DNA of 64,000 nt from Desulfatiglandales bacterium (GTDB lineage Bacteria > Desulfobacterota > DSM-4660 > Desulfatiglandales > Desulfatiglandaceae): NCBI GenBank assembly GCA_963666345.1, contig OY762721.1:1280001-1344000 (forward strand). Reading direction: 5' to 3'. The position numbers and the translations under genes were made by a program. The first letter of the stretch is position 1, and the number at the start of each line of letters is the position of its first letter. The notes under the pieces were generated by a model, which was not told the origin of the DNA, did not search any database, and was given only the letters and a program-made list of their open reading frames with translations. This document shows, piece after piece, positions 1 to 10,890 of the stretch.

Positions 1-1557
1 GAAGTGGATTTTTTACGCTACTTAAAGGATGATCCTGAAACCCGTGTAATCCTCATGTACCTGGAAGACATAAAGGACGGAAGGGCATTTATGGAGACAG
101 CGAGGGAGGTAACATGGGGGGCCGGGAAACCGGTTATAGTTGTGAAGGCAGGCAGATCGGCGGAAGGCGCCAGGGCCGCCGCATCTCACACGGGATCTCT
201 GGCCGGTTCGGACTCCAGCTATGATGCTATTTTTCTTCAGAGCGGTGTCCTGAGGGTTCCGGGACTTGACGAACTTTTCAACTTTGCAGTGGCTTTTTCG
301 GAGCAGCCTCTTCCAAGAGGAAACAGGGTAGCCATTATTACCAATTCAGGGGGTCCGGGTATAATGGCGACGGATTCAGCGATCAGGCACGGCCTGAAGC
401 TGGCGGAACTTTCCGAGGAGACAAAGCAGAAGTTGCTGGGATGTCTTCCCGGTACTGCAAGTGTAAAAAATCCGGTTGACGTTATCGGAGACGCGAACGT
501 CGATCGATATGAAAACGCCATTCGCTATAGTCTTTCGGATGAAAACGTGGACAGTGCGATAGTTATCGTGAGCCCTGGGGCCTTAACCCCCATAATAGAG
601 ACAGCCGAAGTAATAGCCCGTGTTGCAAAAGATTTTGACAAGCCTGTGCTGGCCTCGTTTATGGGAAATGTGGATGTTGCGGAAGGCGTGCACTATTTGG
701 AGGAAAAGGGTATTCCCAATTATCCCTTTGCGGAATCGGCGGCCAGGGCGCTTGCAGGGATGGTGAAATTCCAGAGCAGCCTTAAGCCTGATGAGGTATT
801 CAGGAAAAAGAGAGACATAAGGAGATATCAAGCAGATTCTGAAAGGGCTCGGAGCATCATCTCTGAGAAGCTTCGCGGAAAAGACAAATGTTCAATGACT
901 GAAAAGGAAGCCAGTGAGATTTTGAGCTGTTATGGTTTTCCTCTTCTCAAAAGCAGGGTTGCCGGGGATATTTCGCAGGTTGAATCCATTGTTGGAGATA
1001 TCGGGCTGCCGGTTGTAATGAAAATCGATTCAAATGACATCCTCCACAAATCCGATGCCGGTGGGGTCAAGATAAACCTCCGGACTGTTGAAGAGGCGAA
1101 GTCGGCATATATGGAGATAGTGTCAAATGCCAAAAAATTCAGGGCTGACGCGGTAATCAACGGTGTGCTGATTGAACAGATGGCAAGGCCTGGTCAGGAA
1201 ATCATTCTTGGAGCGACCAAGGACAGGATCTTCGGTCACATATGCATGTTCGGACTGGGCGGGATATTTGTCGAAGCCATGAAAGACGTGGCTTTCAGGC
1301 TTGCGCCCATGTGGGAGTCCAGTGCGGAAAGGATGATTCAATCGATAAGGGGCTATAAGATCCTAAAAGGGGTCAGAGGGAATCCGCCCTCGGATATGAG
1401 TGCAATCAAGGAATGTCTTCTGAGGCTTTCCGAGATGCTTTCTGATAATCCCAATATCGTTGAACTGGATATCAACCCGTTGCTCGTTTATCCTGAAGGT
1501 CAGGGATGCGTTGTTGCGGACGTAAGGATCATACTGTCAAAAAACGGGGAAAAGTAG
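1..1557 (+). CDS. Acyl-CoA synthetase (ADP-forming), fused alpha/beta type; 5' truncated by window edge
   Basis: SHTGSLAG phospho-His motif, TNSGGPG, NPVD, C-terminal ATP-grasp (HKSDAGGV, MFGLGG, ELDINPL); frame open from position 1. Confidence 0.9.
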   Translation, partial: EVDFLRYLKDDPETRVILMYLEDIKDGRAFMETAREVTWGAGKPVIVVKAGRSAEGARAAASHTGSLAGSDSSYDAIFLQSGVLRVPGLDELFNFAVAFSEQPLPRGNRVAIITNSGGPGIMATDSAIRHGLKLAELSEETKQKLLGCLPGTASVKNPVDVIGDANVDRYENAIRYSLSDENVDSAIVIVSPGALTPIIETAEVIARVAKDFDKPVLASFMGNVDVAEGVHYLEEKGIPNYPFAESAARALAGMVKFQSSLKPDEVFRKKRDIRRYQADSERARSIISEKLRGKDKCSMTEKEASEILSCYGFPLLKSRVAGDISQVESIVGDIGLPVVMKIDSNDILHKSDAGGVKINLRTVEEAKSAYMEIVSNAKKFRADAVINGVLIEQMARPGQEIILGATKDRIFGHICMFGLGGIFVEAMKDVAFRLAPMWESSAERMIQSIRGYKILKGVRGNPPSDMSAIKECLLRLSEMLSDNPNIVELDINPLLVYPEGQGCVVADVRIILSKNGEK

Positions 1558-1647
1558 ACGATCAAAGTTGTTAATGTCCGGAAAGATGGAAAGTTAAAAA
1601 AAACAGGCCCAAAGATTGTGTCTAAAGATAATTAAGGAGGCTGAGAG

Positions 1648-2931
1648 ATGGCGGAAGCAGTGATAGTGTCGGTGGTGAGGACGCCTGTTGGTGTATTTGG
1701 AGGCACGCTGAAGACCACGCCTGTGGTTGAGCTTGGTGGTCTGGTGTTGAAGGAGGCGTTAAAGAGGGTGGGGCTGAGGCCTTATGCGACCGATGAACTG
1801 AGGAGTTACGAGCCTGACGCCTTAAAGGGCAGGGGCATGATAGAGCTTGAAAAGGGCTCATATGATTATGATGATTCTTTTGTACCTGTTGAGGTGGACG
1901 AGGTCATCATGGGCAACGTGGTGGGAGCCGGTCAGGGACAGAACGTTGCCCGTCAGGCCATGATAAGGGCGGGTATAAGCAAGGAGACCTCCGCCTTTAC
2001 GGTTAACAAGGTATGTGCTTCCGGGATGAAGGCTGTGGCGCTTGGCTGTCAGGCGATCCGTCATGGTGAGGCTGATGTGGTTCTTGCGGGAGGCATGGAG
2101 AATATGTCTCTTATTCCTTATGCGCTTCCGTCCGCCAGATGGGGAGCCAGGATGAACAATTCCGAGCTTGTGGATCTTATGGTAATGGACGGGCTCTTTG
2201 AGATATTTTACGGATATCACATGGGGATCACGGCCGAGAACATTGCCGAGGCCTATTCGATAAGCAGGCGGGAGCAGGACGAGCTGGGACTTATGAGTCA
2301 TCAGAGGGCGAGAAAGGCGATAACCGTTGGGCTGTTTAAAGATGAGATAGTGCCTGTGGTGATTCCTCAGAGGAAGGGTGATCCTATAGTATTTGATACT
2401 GATGAACGGCCCATGGACACGAGTATTGAGAAGATGGGCAGGCTCAGGCCGGCCTTTAAGAAAGAGGGCACGGTTACCGCGGGAAACGCGTCGGGGATAA
2501 ACGATGCTGCTGCGGCCCTTCTTCTTATGAGTGAGGATAAGGCAAAGGAGCTGGGATTGAAGCCACTTGTAAAGGTGCGTGCGGCTGCAAGTGCCGCCAT
2601 AGATCCCGCCTATATGGGGCTTGGTCCGATCCCGGCTGTAAGGAAGGTGCTTGCCTCGGAGGGTTTGACGATAGGGGATTTCGGGGTGGTGGAGTTAAAC
2701 GAGGCGTTTGCCTCTCAGGCCATAGCGTGCATGAGGGAGCTTGGTTTGAGTGAAGGCAACACCAATGTATTGGGAAGCGGCATATCGATCGGTCACCCCA
2801 TAGGCTGCAGCGGGGCAAGGCTGCTTGTTACGCTTACGTCCCTTATGTTGAGTGGGGGCCATGGTCTTGGTCTTGCCTCTTTGTGCATAGGTGGAGGCCA
2901 GGGCATGGCGACCGTGCTTGAGGCTGTTTGA
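1648..2931 (+). CDS. Acetyl-CoA acetyltransferase (thiolase) with ~35 aa N-terminal insertion
   Basis: [29 protein letters not shown] motifs; AGGAGG RBS. Confidence 0.95.
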   Translation: MAEAVIVSVVRTPVGVFGGTLKTTPVVELGGLVLKEALKRVGLRPYATDELRSYEPDALKGRGMIELEKGSYDYDDSFVPVEVDEVIMGNVVGAGQGQNVARQAMIRAGISKETSAFTVNKVCASGMKAVALGCQAIRHGEADVVLAGGMENMSLIPYALPSARWGARMNNSELVDLMVMDGLFEIFYGYHMGITAENIAEAYSISRREQDELGLMSHQRARKAITVGLFKDEIVPVVIPQRKGDPIVFDTDERPMDTSIEKMGRLRPAFKKEGTVTAGNASGINDAAAALLLMSEDKAKELGLKPLVKVRAAASAAIDPAYMGLGPIPAVRKVLASEGLTIGDFGVVELNEAFASQAIACMRELGLSEGNTNVLGSGISIGHPIGCSGARLLVTLTSLMLSGGHGLGLASLCIGGGQGMATVLEAV

Positions 2932-2964
2932 GGCAACTTTTTTTTAAGTCGGGGGGTAGTTGAG

Positions 2965-3753
2965 ATGTCCTATGAGACGGTGTTATTTGATAGGGACGGT
3001 GATATCGGGATAATAAGGTTTAACCGTCCCAAGGCCTTGAACGCGATAAATGTTGAGATGCTGGGTGATTTAAACGGTGTGCTTGACGAGGTTGAAGCTG
3101 ACGGCACATTCAGGGTGCTTGTGCTGACAGGCGAGGGGGACAAGGCATTTGTCGCAGGGGCCGACATATCGCACATGGTGAATCTGGGCAGTCTTGAGGC
3201 AAGGCGTTTTTCCCGTGAAGGCCACAGGCTTATGGACAGGTTTGAGGCCCTTGCCATACCGGTGATTGCATGTGTGAACGGTTTTGCCCTTGGAGGCGGT
3301 ACCGAGATAGCCATGGCCTGTGATTTTATATACGCATCAGAGGGTGCAAGGTTTGGTCAACCGGAGATTAATCTGGGAATCATACCGGGGTTTGGGGGCA
3401 CGCAGAGGTTGAGCAGGCTGGTGGGAAAGAACATGGCCAAGGAGCTTTGCATGACCGGGGGGATAATAACGGCTATGGAGGCGGAGCGGATCGGGCTGGT
3501 AAACCGTGTGTTTCCCGCCGACAGGCTGTGGGAGGAGACGATGAAGACCGCAGTTGTTATATGCTCAAAGGGCCGTGTGTCCGTGCGTACGGTAAAAAGA
3601 TGCATAGACAGGGGCCTTGATACCGATCTTGCAAGCGGTTGTTATATGGAGTCTGAGGGATTTGCCGTTGTCTTCGCATCTCACGATGCAAAGGAGGGCA
3701 TGTCCGCTTTTCTTGAAAAACGAAAACCACAATTCAAAGGGGAGTTAGGATAA
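2965..3753 (+). CDS. Enoyl-CoA hydratase (crotonase)
   Basis: AFVAGADI, GFALGGGTE, FGQPEINLG motifs. Confidence 0.95.
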   Translation: MSYETVLFDRDGDIGIIRFNRPKALNAINVEMLGDLNGVLDEVEADGTFRVLVLTGEGDKAFVAGADISHMVNLGSLEARRFSREGHRLMDRFEALAIPVIACVNGFALGGGTEIAMACDFIYASEGARFGQPEINLGIIPGFGGTQRLSRLVGKNMAKELCMTGGIITAMEAERIGLVNRVFPADRLWEETMKTAVVICSKGRVSVRTVKRCIDRGLDTDLASGCYMESEGFAVVFASHDAKEGMSAFLEKRKPQFKGELG

Positions 3754-3754
3754 A

Positions 3755-4903
3755 ATGGATTTTGCACTTACCGAAGAACAACAGATGGTCAAGGATATGG
3801 CCCGGAGGTTTGCGGAAACTGAAATAAAACCCACTGCCGCCGAATTTGATGAGAAACATCAACATCCCGCTGATATCGTGGCCCAGCTCGGCGAACTCAA
3901 GATGATGGGCATAGCCGTGCCTGAGGAATACGGCGGAGGCGGCATGGATTACGTAAGCTACGTGCTGGCCCTGATCGAGATCTCCAAGGCATGCGCGTCC
4001 ACAGGCGTTATAATGAGCGTGAACAACTCTCTGTACTGTTTCCCCGTCATGGCATACGGTACTGAGGAGCAGAAAAAGAAATACCTGGAACCGTGTGCCT
4101 CCGGAGAAAAGATAGGCTGCTACGGGCTGACCGAGGCCGGTGCCGGCTCCGACCCGGCAGGGCTCAGGACTACGGCGGTAAAAGACGGAAATGAATGGAT
4201 ACTTAACGGGGAAAAGAAATTTATCACAAACGGAAATATCGCCTCCTACTGCGTGCTTGCAGCGCTTACCGAAAAGGGGGCGGGTTACAAGGGAATCAGC
4301 ACCTTTGTCGTAAACCTGGAAGACACACCCGGTTTCAAGGTCGGCCGGGTTGAAGACAAACTGGGGATACTCGCATCAGGCACATCCGAACTCATTTTCG
4401 AGGATGCCAGGGTGCCTGCCGATGCACTGCTTGGAAACGAGGGAGAGGGTTTCAAGCAGATGCTGTCGACCCTTGACGGGGGCCGGATCGGAATCGCTTC
4501 TCAGGCCATAGGGATCGGAAGGGCCGTCATAGAGGAGGCGGTAGAGTATGCAAAGACAAGAGAGCAGTTTGGAAAGCCGATAACCGCATTTCAGGCCATC
4601 CAGTGGAAGCTGGCCGACATGGCCACAGAACTGGACGCGGCTGAACTTCTGACACTAAGGGCTGCATGGCTTGAAAGCAACAAAAAGCCTTATGAAAAAG
4701 AGGCGGCCATGGCCAAAATGTATGCCTCCGATGCGGCAATGCGAGCGTCCATCGAAGGAGTACAAATCCTGGGCGGGTATGGATACTGCAAGGAATACCC
4801 CATGGAACGACACATGAGGGATGCAAAAATCTGTCAGATATATGAAGGTACCAACGAGATAATGCGTCTCGTTGTGGCCAACAATCTGATAAAAGGAAGA
4901 TAA
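3755..4903 (+). CDS. Acyl-CoA dehydrogenase (butyryl-CoA dehydrogenase-like)
   Basis: LTEAGAGSD, KKFITNG, REQFGKPI, QILGGYGY, IYEGTNEI. Confidence 0.95.
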   Translation: MDFALTEEQQMVKDMARRFAETEIKPTAAEFDEKHQHPADIVAQLGELKMMGIAVPEEYGGGGMDYVSYVLALIEISKACASTGVIMSVNNSLYCFPVMAYGTEEQKKKYLEPCASGEKIGCYGLTEAGAGSDPAGLRTTAVKDGNEWILNGEKKFITNGNIASYCVLAALTEKGAGYKGISTFVVNLEDTPGFKVGRVEDKLGILASGTSELIFEDARVPADALLGNEGEGFKQMLSTLDGGRIGIASQAIGIGRAVIEEAVEYAKTREQFGKPITAFQAIQWKLADMATELDAAELLTLRAAWLESNKKPYEKEAAMAKMYASDAAMRASIEGVQILGGYGYCKEYPMERHMRDAKICQIYEGTNEIMRLVVANNLIKGR

Positions 4904-5210
4904 AACCCGTCTTCTTCTCACCAAAATGCTGCCTGAAGTCTTCAACCTGAACAGACAACCAGTTGAGGCAAGACCTCAGGCAGCCTACCGAATACCTTCA
5001 ATTTCCTATATAATCTTCTTGCAGATACTTCAGACCGGACTGTTTTAAGGTTGACCTTGCATGCACAGGTATCTTAAAGTATTAATAAAACAGCTTTGTC
5101 TGGCATAACAGGCTTTTCAATCATCATGCAAAGGGACCCTGTCACTTTTTTTGTCGACCCGGCTCAGAGAACCAGGTTCCCCATAATGGAATAAAACACG
5201 GAGTCTCGTC

Positions 5211-5807
5211 ATGAGCATAAAAGTCTTAGGAATCTACGGAAGCCCAAGGGCCAAAGGGAATACGGATCAGCTTCTTGATAAAGCGCTGGAGGGGGCGAAA
5301 GCGCAGGGCGCAGAGATATCCTCCGTATATGCCAGGAAGCTTAAGATGTCAGGTTGTCTTGAGTGCGGAGGATGCGACAAGACAGGCAAATGCGTGGTAA
5401 AAGACGACATGCAGAAGGTCTATCCCCTTATCAAAGAAGCCGCGATAATTATTCTCAGCTCCCCCATGTTTTTTTATAGTGTCACCGCCCAGGTCAAGGC
5501 GATCATGGACAGAAGCCAGGCCATGTGGTCCGGAAGGATGCTGACCAAGACAAAGGAGCAGAGAAAGCAGTACGACAGTGGAAGAGGTTATCTGATCGCC
5601 TCAGGGGCGACAAGGGGGAAAAATCTGTTTGAAGGAGCGGAACTGACCACAAGATATTTTTTCGACGCCCTGGACATGAGCTATGAAGGGGGCCTTTTCT
5701 TCAGAAGGATTGAAAAGCCCTCTGACATAAAAGAAAAGGAAGGGGCACTTGAATCGGCCTTTGCCTTTGGTAAAAAGATCGTCATTGATGCAAAAAACAA
5801 GGCATAA
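5211..5807 (+). CDS. Iron-sulfur flavoprotein / flavodoxin-like FMN reductase family
   Basis: GSPR..GNT, CxxCxxCx5C, SPMFF, KAIMDR. Confidence 0.85.
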   Translation: MSIKVLGIYGSPRAKGNTDQLLDKALEGAKAQGAEISSVYARKLKMSGCLECGGCDKTGKCVVKDDMQKVYPLIKEAAIIILSSPMFFYSVTAQVKAIMDRSQAMWSGRMLTKTKEQRKQYDSGRGYLIASGATRGKNLFEGAELTTRYFFDALDMSYEGGLFFRRIEKPSDIKEKEGALESAFAFGKKIVIDAKNKA

Positions 5808-5872
5808 TCCCGACCGAGGCGGGAAAGTTGGTCTTTTTACGAAGCCGTCGTCGTATCCGTAAAAAACCAAAA

Positions 5873-5997
5873 GACGGCACAGTAAAAAGTTCCAAATGCA
5901 AGGCCTGCGAGCCTTGAGGAATGAGGCGTACTTTAAGTACGTCGCAATGACGAAAGACGAAGCATAACGCAGCAGTCGGTCTTTTTACGAAGCCGTC
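5873..5997. repeat. MITE-like element, family A (125 bp), with an orphan right end at 5827-5849
   Basis: Ends GACGGCACAGTAAAAAG and CTTTTTACGAAGCCGTC are imperfect inverted repeats; closely similar copy at 45004-45194. Confidence 0.8.
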
Positions 5998-6887
5998 GGC
6001 TTTGATTTACGCACCTTTGCTATATTCGATTTTATCTTCTCGAGCCCCGGCCTGGCAAGAGCCGTCTTTCCGAATTTTCCGCTAAATGCCTTCAAATCCA
6101 TCTCAAGGATCTTTTCCGTTGAGGGAAGGCACACCTTCCTTTCCTGTTTTACACTGTTGAAGGGACATACCTCCTGACAGATATCACAGCCGAAAAAGCA
6201 GTCGCCCATCAGAGCTGCCTGCTCATCCGTTACCTCCCCCTGATACTCAATAGTCAGGTAGGACAGGCATTTTGAGGCATCCACTGAAAAAGGCCTTTCA
6301 AGTGCCCCTGTGGGGCAGGCATCCATGCATCTCGTGCATGCCCCGCATTGATTTTGAAGAGGCCTTTTTTCTTCAAAGTCCATATCCACGGTTGTGAGAA
6401 CTTCGACAAGAAAAAAGTAGGACCCCTTACCCGGCAGGATACACATATTATTCTTACCAATAAACCCGATACCGGCCTCGTACGCGAAACTTCTCTCAAT
6501 GATCGGCGCCGAATCGACGCATACCCTGCTTCTGGAACCTTGATATGCCTCGCCCAATGACTTTACCAGCGACTTACCCAGTTTTCTCAATCGATTATGG
6601 TAATCTATTTTATCCGGTTCCGAATATCTTGCAGTGCGGTAACCGTCAGGTGTGCAAGGTATGCCGGGAGAATAAGGATAAGCCAGAGAAACTACCGTTT
6701 TACAGCCGTCAAGAAGGGACTCCGGATTTTCTCTCAGATCTTTATTCCTCTCTATCCATTTCATCTCGCCATTTTTTCCGGCATCGATCCATGAATGGAA
6801 GTGCTCTATAAAAAGGGGCCTCTTGGGTCTTGAAAACCCTACTGCGGCAAATCCAAATCTCAAGGCATCTTTGATGAGGTTATCCAA
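5985..6887 (-). CDS. queG: Epoxyqueuosine reductase
   Basis: ARY..DYH, VDSAPIIER, GIGFIGKN, CGACTRCMDACPT, GCDICQEVCPFN. Confidence 0.9.
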   Translation of the reverse strand: MDNLIKDALRFGFAAVGFSRPKRPLFIEHFHSWIDAGKNGEMKWIERNKDLRENPESLLDGCKTVVSLAYPYSPGIPCTPDGYRTARYSEPDKIDYHNRLRKLGKSLVKSLGEAYQGSRSRVCVDSAPIIERSFAYEAGIGFIGKNNMCILPGKGSYFFLVEVLTTVDMDFEEKRPLQNQCGACTRCMDACPTGALERPFSVDASKCLSYLTIEYQGEVTDEQAALMGDCFFGCDICQEVCPFNSVKQERKVCLPSTEKILEMDLKAFSGKFGKTALARPGLEKIKSNIAKVRKSKPTAS

Positions 6888-7006
6888 GGCTCTGTTTTCT
6901 GCTCATACCTGCTCAATTAGAAAAAGATCTATTTCTTCAGTCCTGTCTGAGACCGATCCAACCGGGGGTCCTTATTTTTCAAATCCCCTATAACTCTTCA
7001 CCCTGT

Positions 7007-7903
7007 TTAGAGTTCAAAGGGCGTAAGGCTTTCAAAACCGTCGGAGGTCACCAGTATTGTCTGCTCAAACTGGGCGGAAAGGGACCCGTCCTCTGTGACC
7101 GCCGTCCACTGGTCGTCAAGTATGCGCAGTTCCTTTTTCCCGAAATTGATCATGGGCTCGATGGTAAAGACCATACCGGGGATCAGCGCCAGGCCTTCCC
7201 CCTTTCTTCCGTAATGCAAAACCTGGGGGGGTTCATGAAAGTCCAGCCCTACTCCGTGACCCACATATTCTCTGACTACGGAACAACCCTGTCCCTCGGC
7301 GTATCTCTGGATGGCCCATCCTATATCCCCCAGTTTTTTCCCAGGCCCCACCTGCTCCAGCCCCCTTTTGAGGCATTCCCTAGCGACTCCGACGATCTTA
7401 ACGGCATCACCGCCGGGGGTGCCTATAAAAAAGGTCTTGCTCATATCCGCGTAATAACCGTCAAGGATGGGGGTGACGTCAACGTTTACGATATCTCCAT
7501 CCTTGAGAATACGCTTTCCCGGAATACCGTGGCATATCTCTTCATTTACGGAAACACAGACACTCTTGGGATATCCCCTGTAATTCAAAGGGGCTGGAAT
7601 TGCTCCTCTTTTCAGGGTAAGTTCATGGACAAGTGTGTTGATCTCATCGGTATCCATTTCCGGCCTCAAATTCGCCTCAACAAGATCAAGGGTTTCAAGT
7701 GCGATCACACCCGCCTTTCTTATCCCTTCTATATCGGCCTTTTCCTTGAGTCTTATCCCGTAATTCTTCAAGTAGATCGATTTCAAGGCCTCATAAGACG
7801 GTTCTATCTCTTTTTTCAGGCAACAATTTTTGTATTTGAGCCCGCTTCCGCAGGGGCAGGGGTCATTACGCCCCACTTTTTTCTTCTTTTTTTTCAGTTT
7901 CAA
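7007..7903 (-). CDS. map: Methionine aminopeptidase type I with N-terminal SEC-C motif
   Basis: GRNDPCPCGSG.KYK.CC; CHGIP, DGDIVNVD, GHGVG..FHE, FTIEPM, AQFEQT. Confidence 0.95.
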   Translation of the reverse strand: MKLKKKKKKVGRNDPCPCGSGLKYKNCCLKKEIEPSYEALKSIYLKNYGIRLKEKADIEGIRKAGVIALETLDLVEANLRPEMDTDEINTLVHELTLKRGAIPAPLNYRGYPKSVCVSVNEEICHGIPGKRILKDGDIVNVDVTPILDGYYADMSKTFFIGTPGGDAVKIVGVARECLKRGLEQVGPGKKLGDIGWAIQRYAEGQGCSVVREYVGHGVGLDFHEPPQVLHYGRKGEGLALIPGMVFTIEPMINFGKKELRILDDQWTAVTEDGSLSAQFEQTILVTSDGFESLTPFEL

Positions 7904-8343
7904 CTTCCATACCTCAAAGGATTAGTGTTTCACACGGCGCTCTTGTGCCGATTCGCTTGTACCTCTTAACAGAATTACGGATGGAAATCAAACGATGCGT
8001 CAGAATAGTGTTCGATTCATCTCTTTTACACACTCGGGCCGGAAGCCTAAAAAAGGCATACCTAATCCCCATTGCCTTGAGCGCTTTTCATCCTTTCTCG
8101 CCCCCCTATAAGGCCTCCGGAAAGAATCCCCCCTACGCTTGTACGTAAACAAGCAAAGGCATAAAAAAAAGGGCAGAGGTGTAAAAAGACCGGGGGGACC
8201 TTTTCAGTGAATTATGGCGGTTTACAGTAAAACCGGTTGAAAATCCCATTGTGAAAGGTTATGAAAATGCTCAACGACGGTTGGATTTAACCGGCAAGCG
8301 GATAAGGCATAAAAACTTTCAGATTAAATAAGGGCCCTGCGAC

Positions 8344-9579
8344 ATGATCTATCCCAGGCTTTCATATCTTGTTCCGGTCATATGCAGCAGAAGGATGCTC
8401 GTGGCTCTATTGATGGGCTTTGCCTGCGGCCTTCCCCTGCTCCTCACCATCACGTTGCTCCAGGCCTGGATGAAAGAGGAAGGGGTGGACCTCACGCTCA
8501 TCGGGCTGACCGCCCTTGTGGGCCTTCCCTACACGGTAAAATTTTTATGGGCCCCCGTTCTTGACCGTTTCACCCTCCCTTTTCTCGGACGCAGGCGCGG
8601 ATGGCTGCTTGTCGCGCAGATCTTTCTTGCCCTTTCCATTTTAGGCATTGCAGCTACCGATCCCTCAAAATCACCGATCCTGCTGACCTTTGCGGCATTT
8701 CTGGTAACATTTTTCAGTGCTTCCCAGGACATCGTAGTAGATGCATACAGGAGGGAGGACCTCCCTGACAGGGAACTCGGCCTCGGCTCCTCCCTTTATA
8801 TAAACGGATACAGGGTCGGGATGCTGCTTGCCTCCGGCGGCGGTCTCATCATGTCGGATCACATCTCCTTTCAGGTGGTCTACGCGATAATGGCGGCATG
8901 TATGCTTCCGGGGATAATAACCACGCTTCTGACCCCGGAACCCGGTATGGCGGAGGGCAGGCCTGAAACGATCAGGGATGCGGTGCTGGAACCGCTTTTG
9001 GAATATTTCCGACGTGACGGGGCAATGCTTATACTCCTTTTCATACTCCTTTACAAGATGGGGGATACCATGGCCGCCGCCATAACCACCCCCTTTTACC
9101 TGGATATAGGCTTTTCCAAGACCCAGGTCGGTACCGTTGTCAAGCTCTTCGGTTTCTGGGCCACCATCCTCGGCAGTCTCCTGGGTGGCGTATTGATGCT
9201 TCAGCTCGGTATAAACCGGTCCCTCTGGATCTTCGGTATACTGCAGGCCGCCTCCACATTCTGTTTTTCAATTCTTGCAGCGGTTGGTAACAACATCTCC
9301 CTTTTGTCAGGGGTAATCGCCTTTGAAAATCTTAGCAGCGGGATGGGTACCGCCGCCTATGCCGCTTTTATGGCAAGCATTACCGATAAGAGGTTCACCG
9401 CAACCCAGTATGCGCTTCTGACCAGCCTCATGGGTGTTCCCAGGGTCCTGGCATCCGCCCCTACAGGGATACTGGCCAAGAATTTAGGTTGGGAGGCATT
9501 TTTTATAATCTGCACATTAATAGCTATACCGGGTATGCTTCTTTTGTTAAGATGCGCCCCCTGGAATGAGAAAACCTGA
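8344..9579 (+). CDS. ampG: AmpG-family MFS muropeptide transporter
   Basis: GLPLLL, KFLWAP..D, GRRRGW, SASQDIVVDAYR, ATQYALL. Confidence 0.85.
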   Translation: MIYPRLSYLVPVICSRRMLVALLMGFACGLPLLLTITLLQAWMKEEGVDLTLIGLTALVGLPYTVKFLWAPVLDRFTLPFLGRRRGWLLVAQIFLALSILGIAATDPSKSPILLTFAAFLVTFFSASQDIVVDAYRREDLPDRELGLGSSLYINGYRVGMLLASGGGLIMSDHISFQVVYAIMAACMLPGIITTLLTPEPGMAEGRPETIRDAVLEPLLEYFRRDGAMLILLFILLYKMGDTMAAAITTPFYLDIGFSKTQVGTVVKLFGFWATILGSLLGGVLMLQLGINRSLWIFGILQAASTFCFSILAAVGNNISLLSGVIAFENLSSGMGTAAYAAFMASITDKRFTATQYALLTSLMGVPRVLASAPTGILAKNLGWEAFFIICTLIAIPGMLLLLRCAPWNEKT

Positions 9580-9623
9580 TAGAAGCACGTCCGCTAAAGA
9601 CCACATGACGGAGGAAAAACCAG

Positions 9624-10133
9624 GTGAAGTGTTCGACATGCGGTAAAGAAACCGCAGAAGATAAAATTGTACGGATAGACGATGAGCCTGTGTGCGTTGA
9701 CTGCCTGTTCGGAGAAGTAACGCCCTTTACGATCAGGCCGATAGGTATTGTAAAAAATGACAAAAAAAGGAAAAAAACGGGATTCGGCACAACGGGCGGG
9801 GATATCTCCGTAATACATCTCCTTCCCGGCATGACTCGTTTCATGAAGGGGTTGAGCGAGGAAACCCACCTCATGATAGTATGGTATATACATAATGCCG
9901 GGGCGGTCAGAACCGACTTTTCACGCGGCTGGGACGGAAAGAGGGTCGGACCTTTCGCCTCCCGTACCCCGGACAGGGTGACCCCCATAGGGGTAACAGA
10001 CGTTGAACTGCTTGAGGTAGACTCCGACAGGCTTACGGTAAAAGGGCTGGATGCCGTTGATGGAACTCCGGTTCTGGATATAAAGGTAGGGATGGAGAGT
10101 CTTGAAAGAACCGGAAGGAAAAACTATTCATGA
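9624..10133 (+). CDS. TsaA/TrmO-family SAM-binding protein with N-terminal CxxC..CxxC
   Basis: RPIG, GPFASRTPDR.TPIG, GLDAVDGTPVLDIK. Confidence 0.8.
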   Translation: MKCSTCGKETAEDKIVRIDDEPVCVDCLFGEVTPFTIRPIGIVKNDKKRKKTGFGTTGGDISVIHLLPGMTRFMKGLSEETHLMIVWYIHNAGAVRTDFSRGWDGKRVGPFASRTPDRVTPIGVTDVELLEVDSDRLTVKGLDAVDGTPVLDIKVGMESLERTGRKNYS

Positions 10134-10876
10134 AAAAATTAAAGGCCATAGGCTTTGATCTCTTTAATACATTGATAACGGTCGAGGCCCATGCCCTGGG
10201 CACCGCCCTTTCCAGGTTGATTCGAACCCTCAACATGGAAGGCATCCCGATTGAGGAGGATCAATTCGTTGAGGCGCACAGAAAAGCCGCAACAGGCTTT
10301 CTGGAGCAGATAAAAGCCACGGGCAGGGAGACGCACAACAGCTTCTGGATAAGTAAGGCCCTTGAAAACCTCGGTCATGATTACCCCCCTGATTCCCCTC
10401 AGGTCAGTGCCGCGGTTGATTCATACTTCAGTTCCTTTATCCTGCACTGCCATCTTATCCCGGGGACCCTGCAACTGCTTGAAACCCTGGGACATGGTTA
10501 CAGGCTGGGCATGCTTTCAAATTTTACGCACCCCCCTGCTGCAAGAGAAATTATCCATGCACTGGGGATATCAAAGTTCTTTGATACGATACTCATATCA
10601 GGAGAAATCGGTTTCAGAAAGCCCCACCCTCTTGTCTTTAAGATGCTCCTGGAAGAGTTGGAGGTGAGGCAGGATGAATTGATATATATCGGAGATGACC
10701 CTGAAGCGGATATTGAAGGTGCCCTGAGATCAGGTATAAGGCCCGTGCTTACGACATATGTAAGGGATAATAATATAGCCTACGCGCCGGGGATCCTCTC
10801 CCGGGGATATGAGCAGGTGGATCCGGGGATAGAAACGATTTCAGACTGGCAGGATCTGTTGGGCCTTATCCGGTAG
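10130..10876 (+). CDS. HAD-superfamily hydrolase
   Basis: FDLFNTL, LSN, KP.P, IGDD.EADI.GA. Confidence 0.85.
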   Translation: MKKLKAIGFDLFNTLITVEAHALGTALSRLIRTLNMEGIPIEEDQFVEAHRKAATGFLEQIKATGRETHNSFWISKALENLGHDYPPDSPQVSAAVDSYFSSFILHCHLIPGTLQLLETLGHGYRLGMLSNFTHPPAAREIIHALGISKFFDTILISGEIGFRKPHPLVFKMLLEELEVRQDELIYIGDDPEADIEGALRSGIRPVLTTYVRDNNIAYAPGILSRGYEQVDPGIETISDWQDLLGLIR

Positions 10877-10890
10877 AAGACAGGAATTCT

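Noticed and set aside
7820..7903. SEC-C motif fused to Map as a novelty
   Set aside because: Already known architecture in anaerobes.
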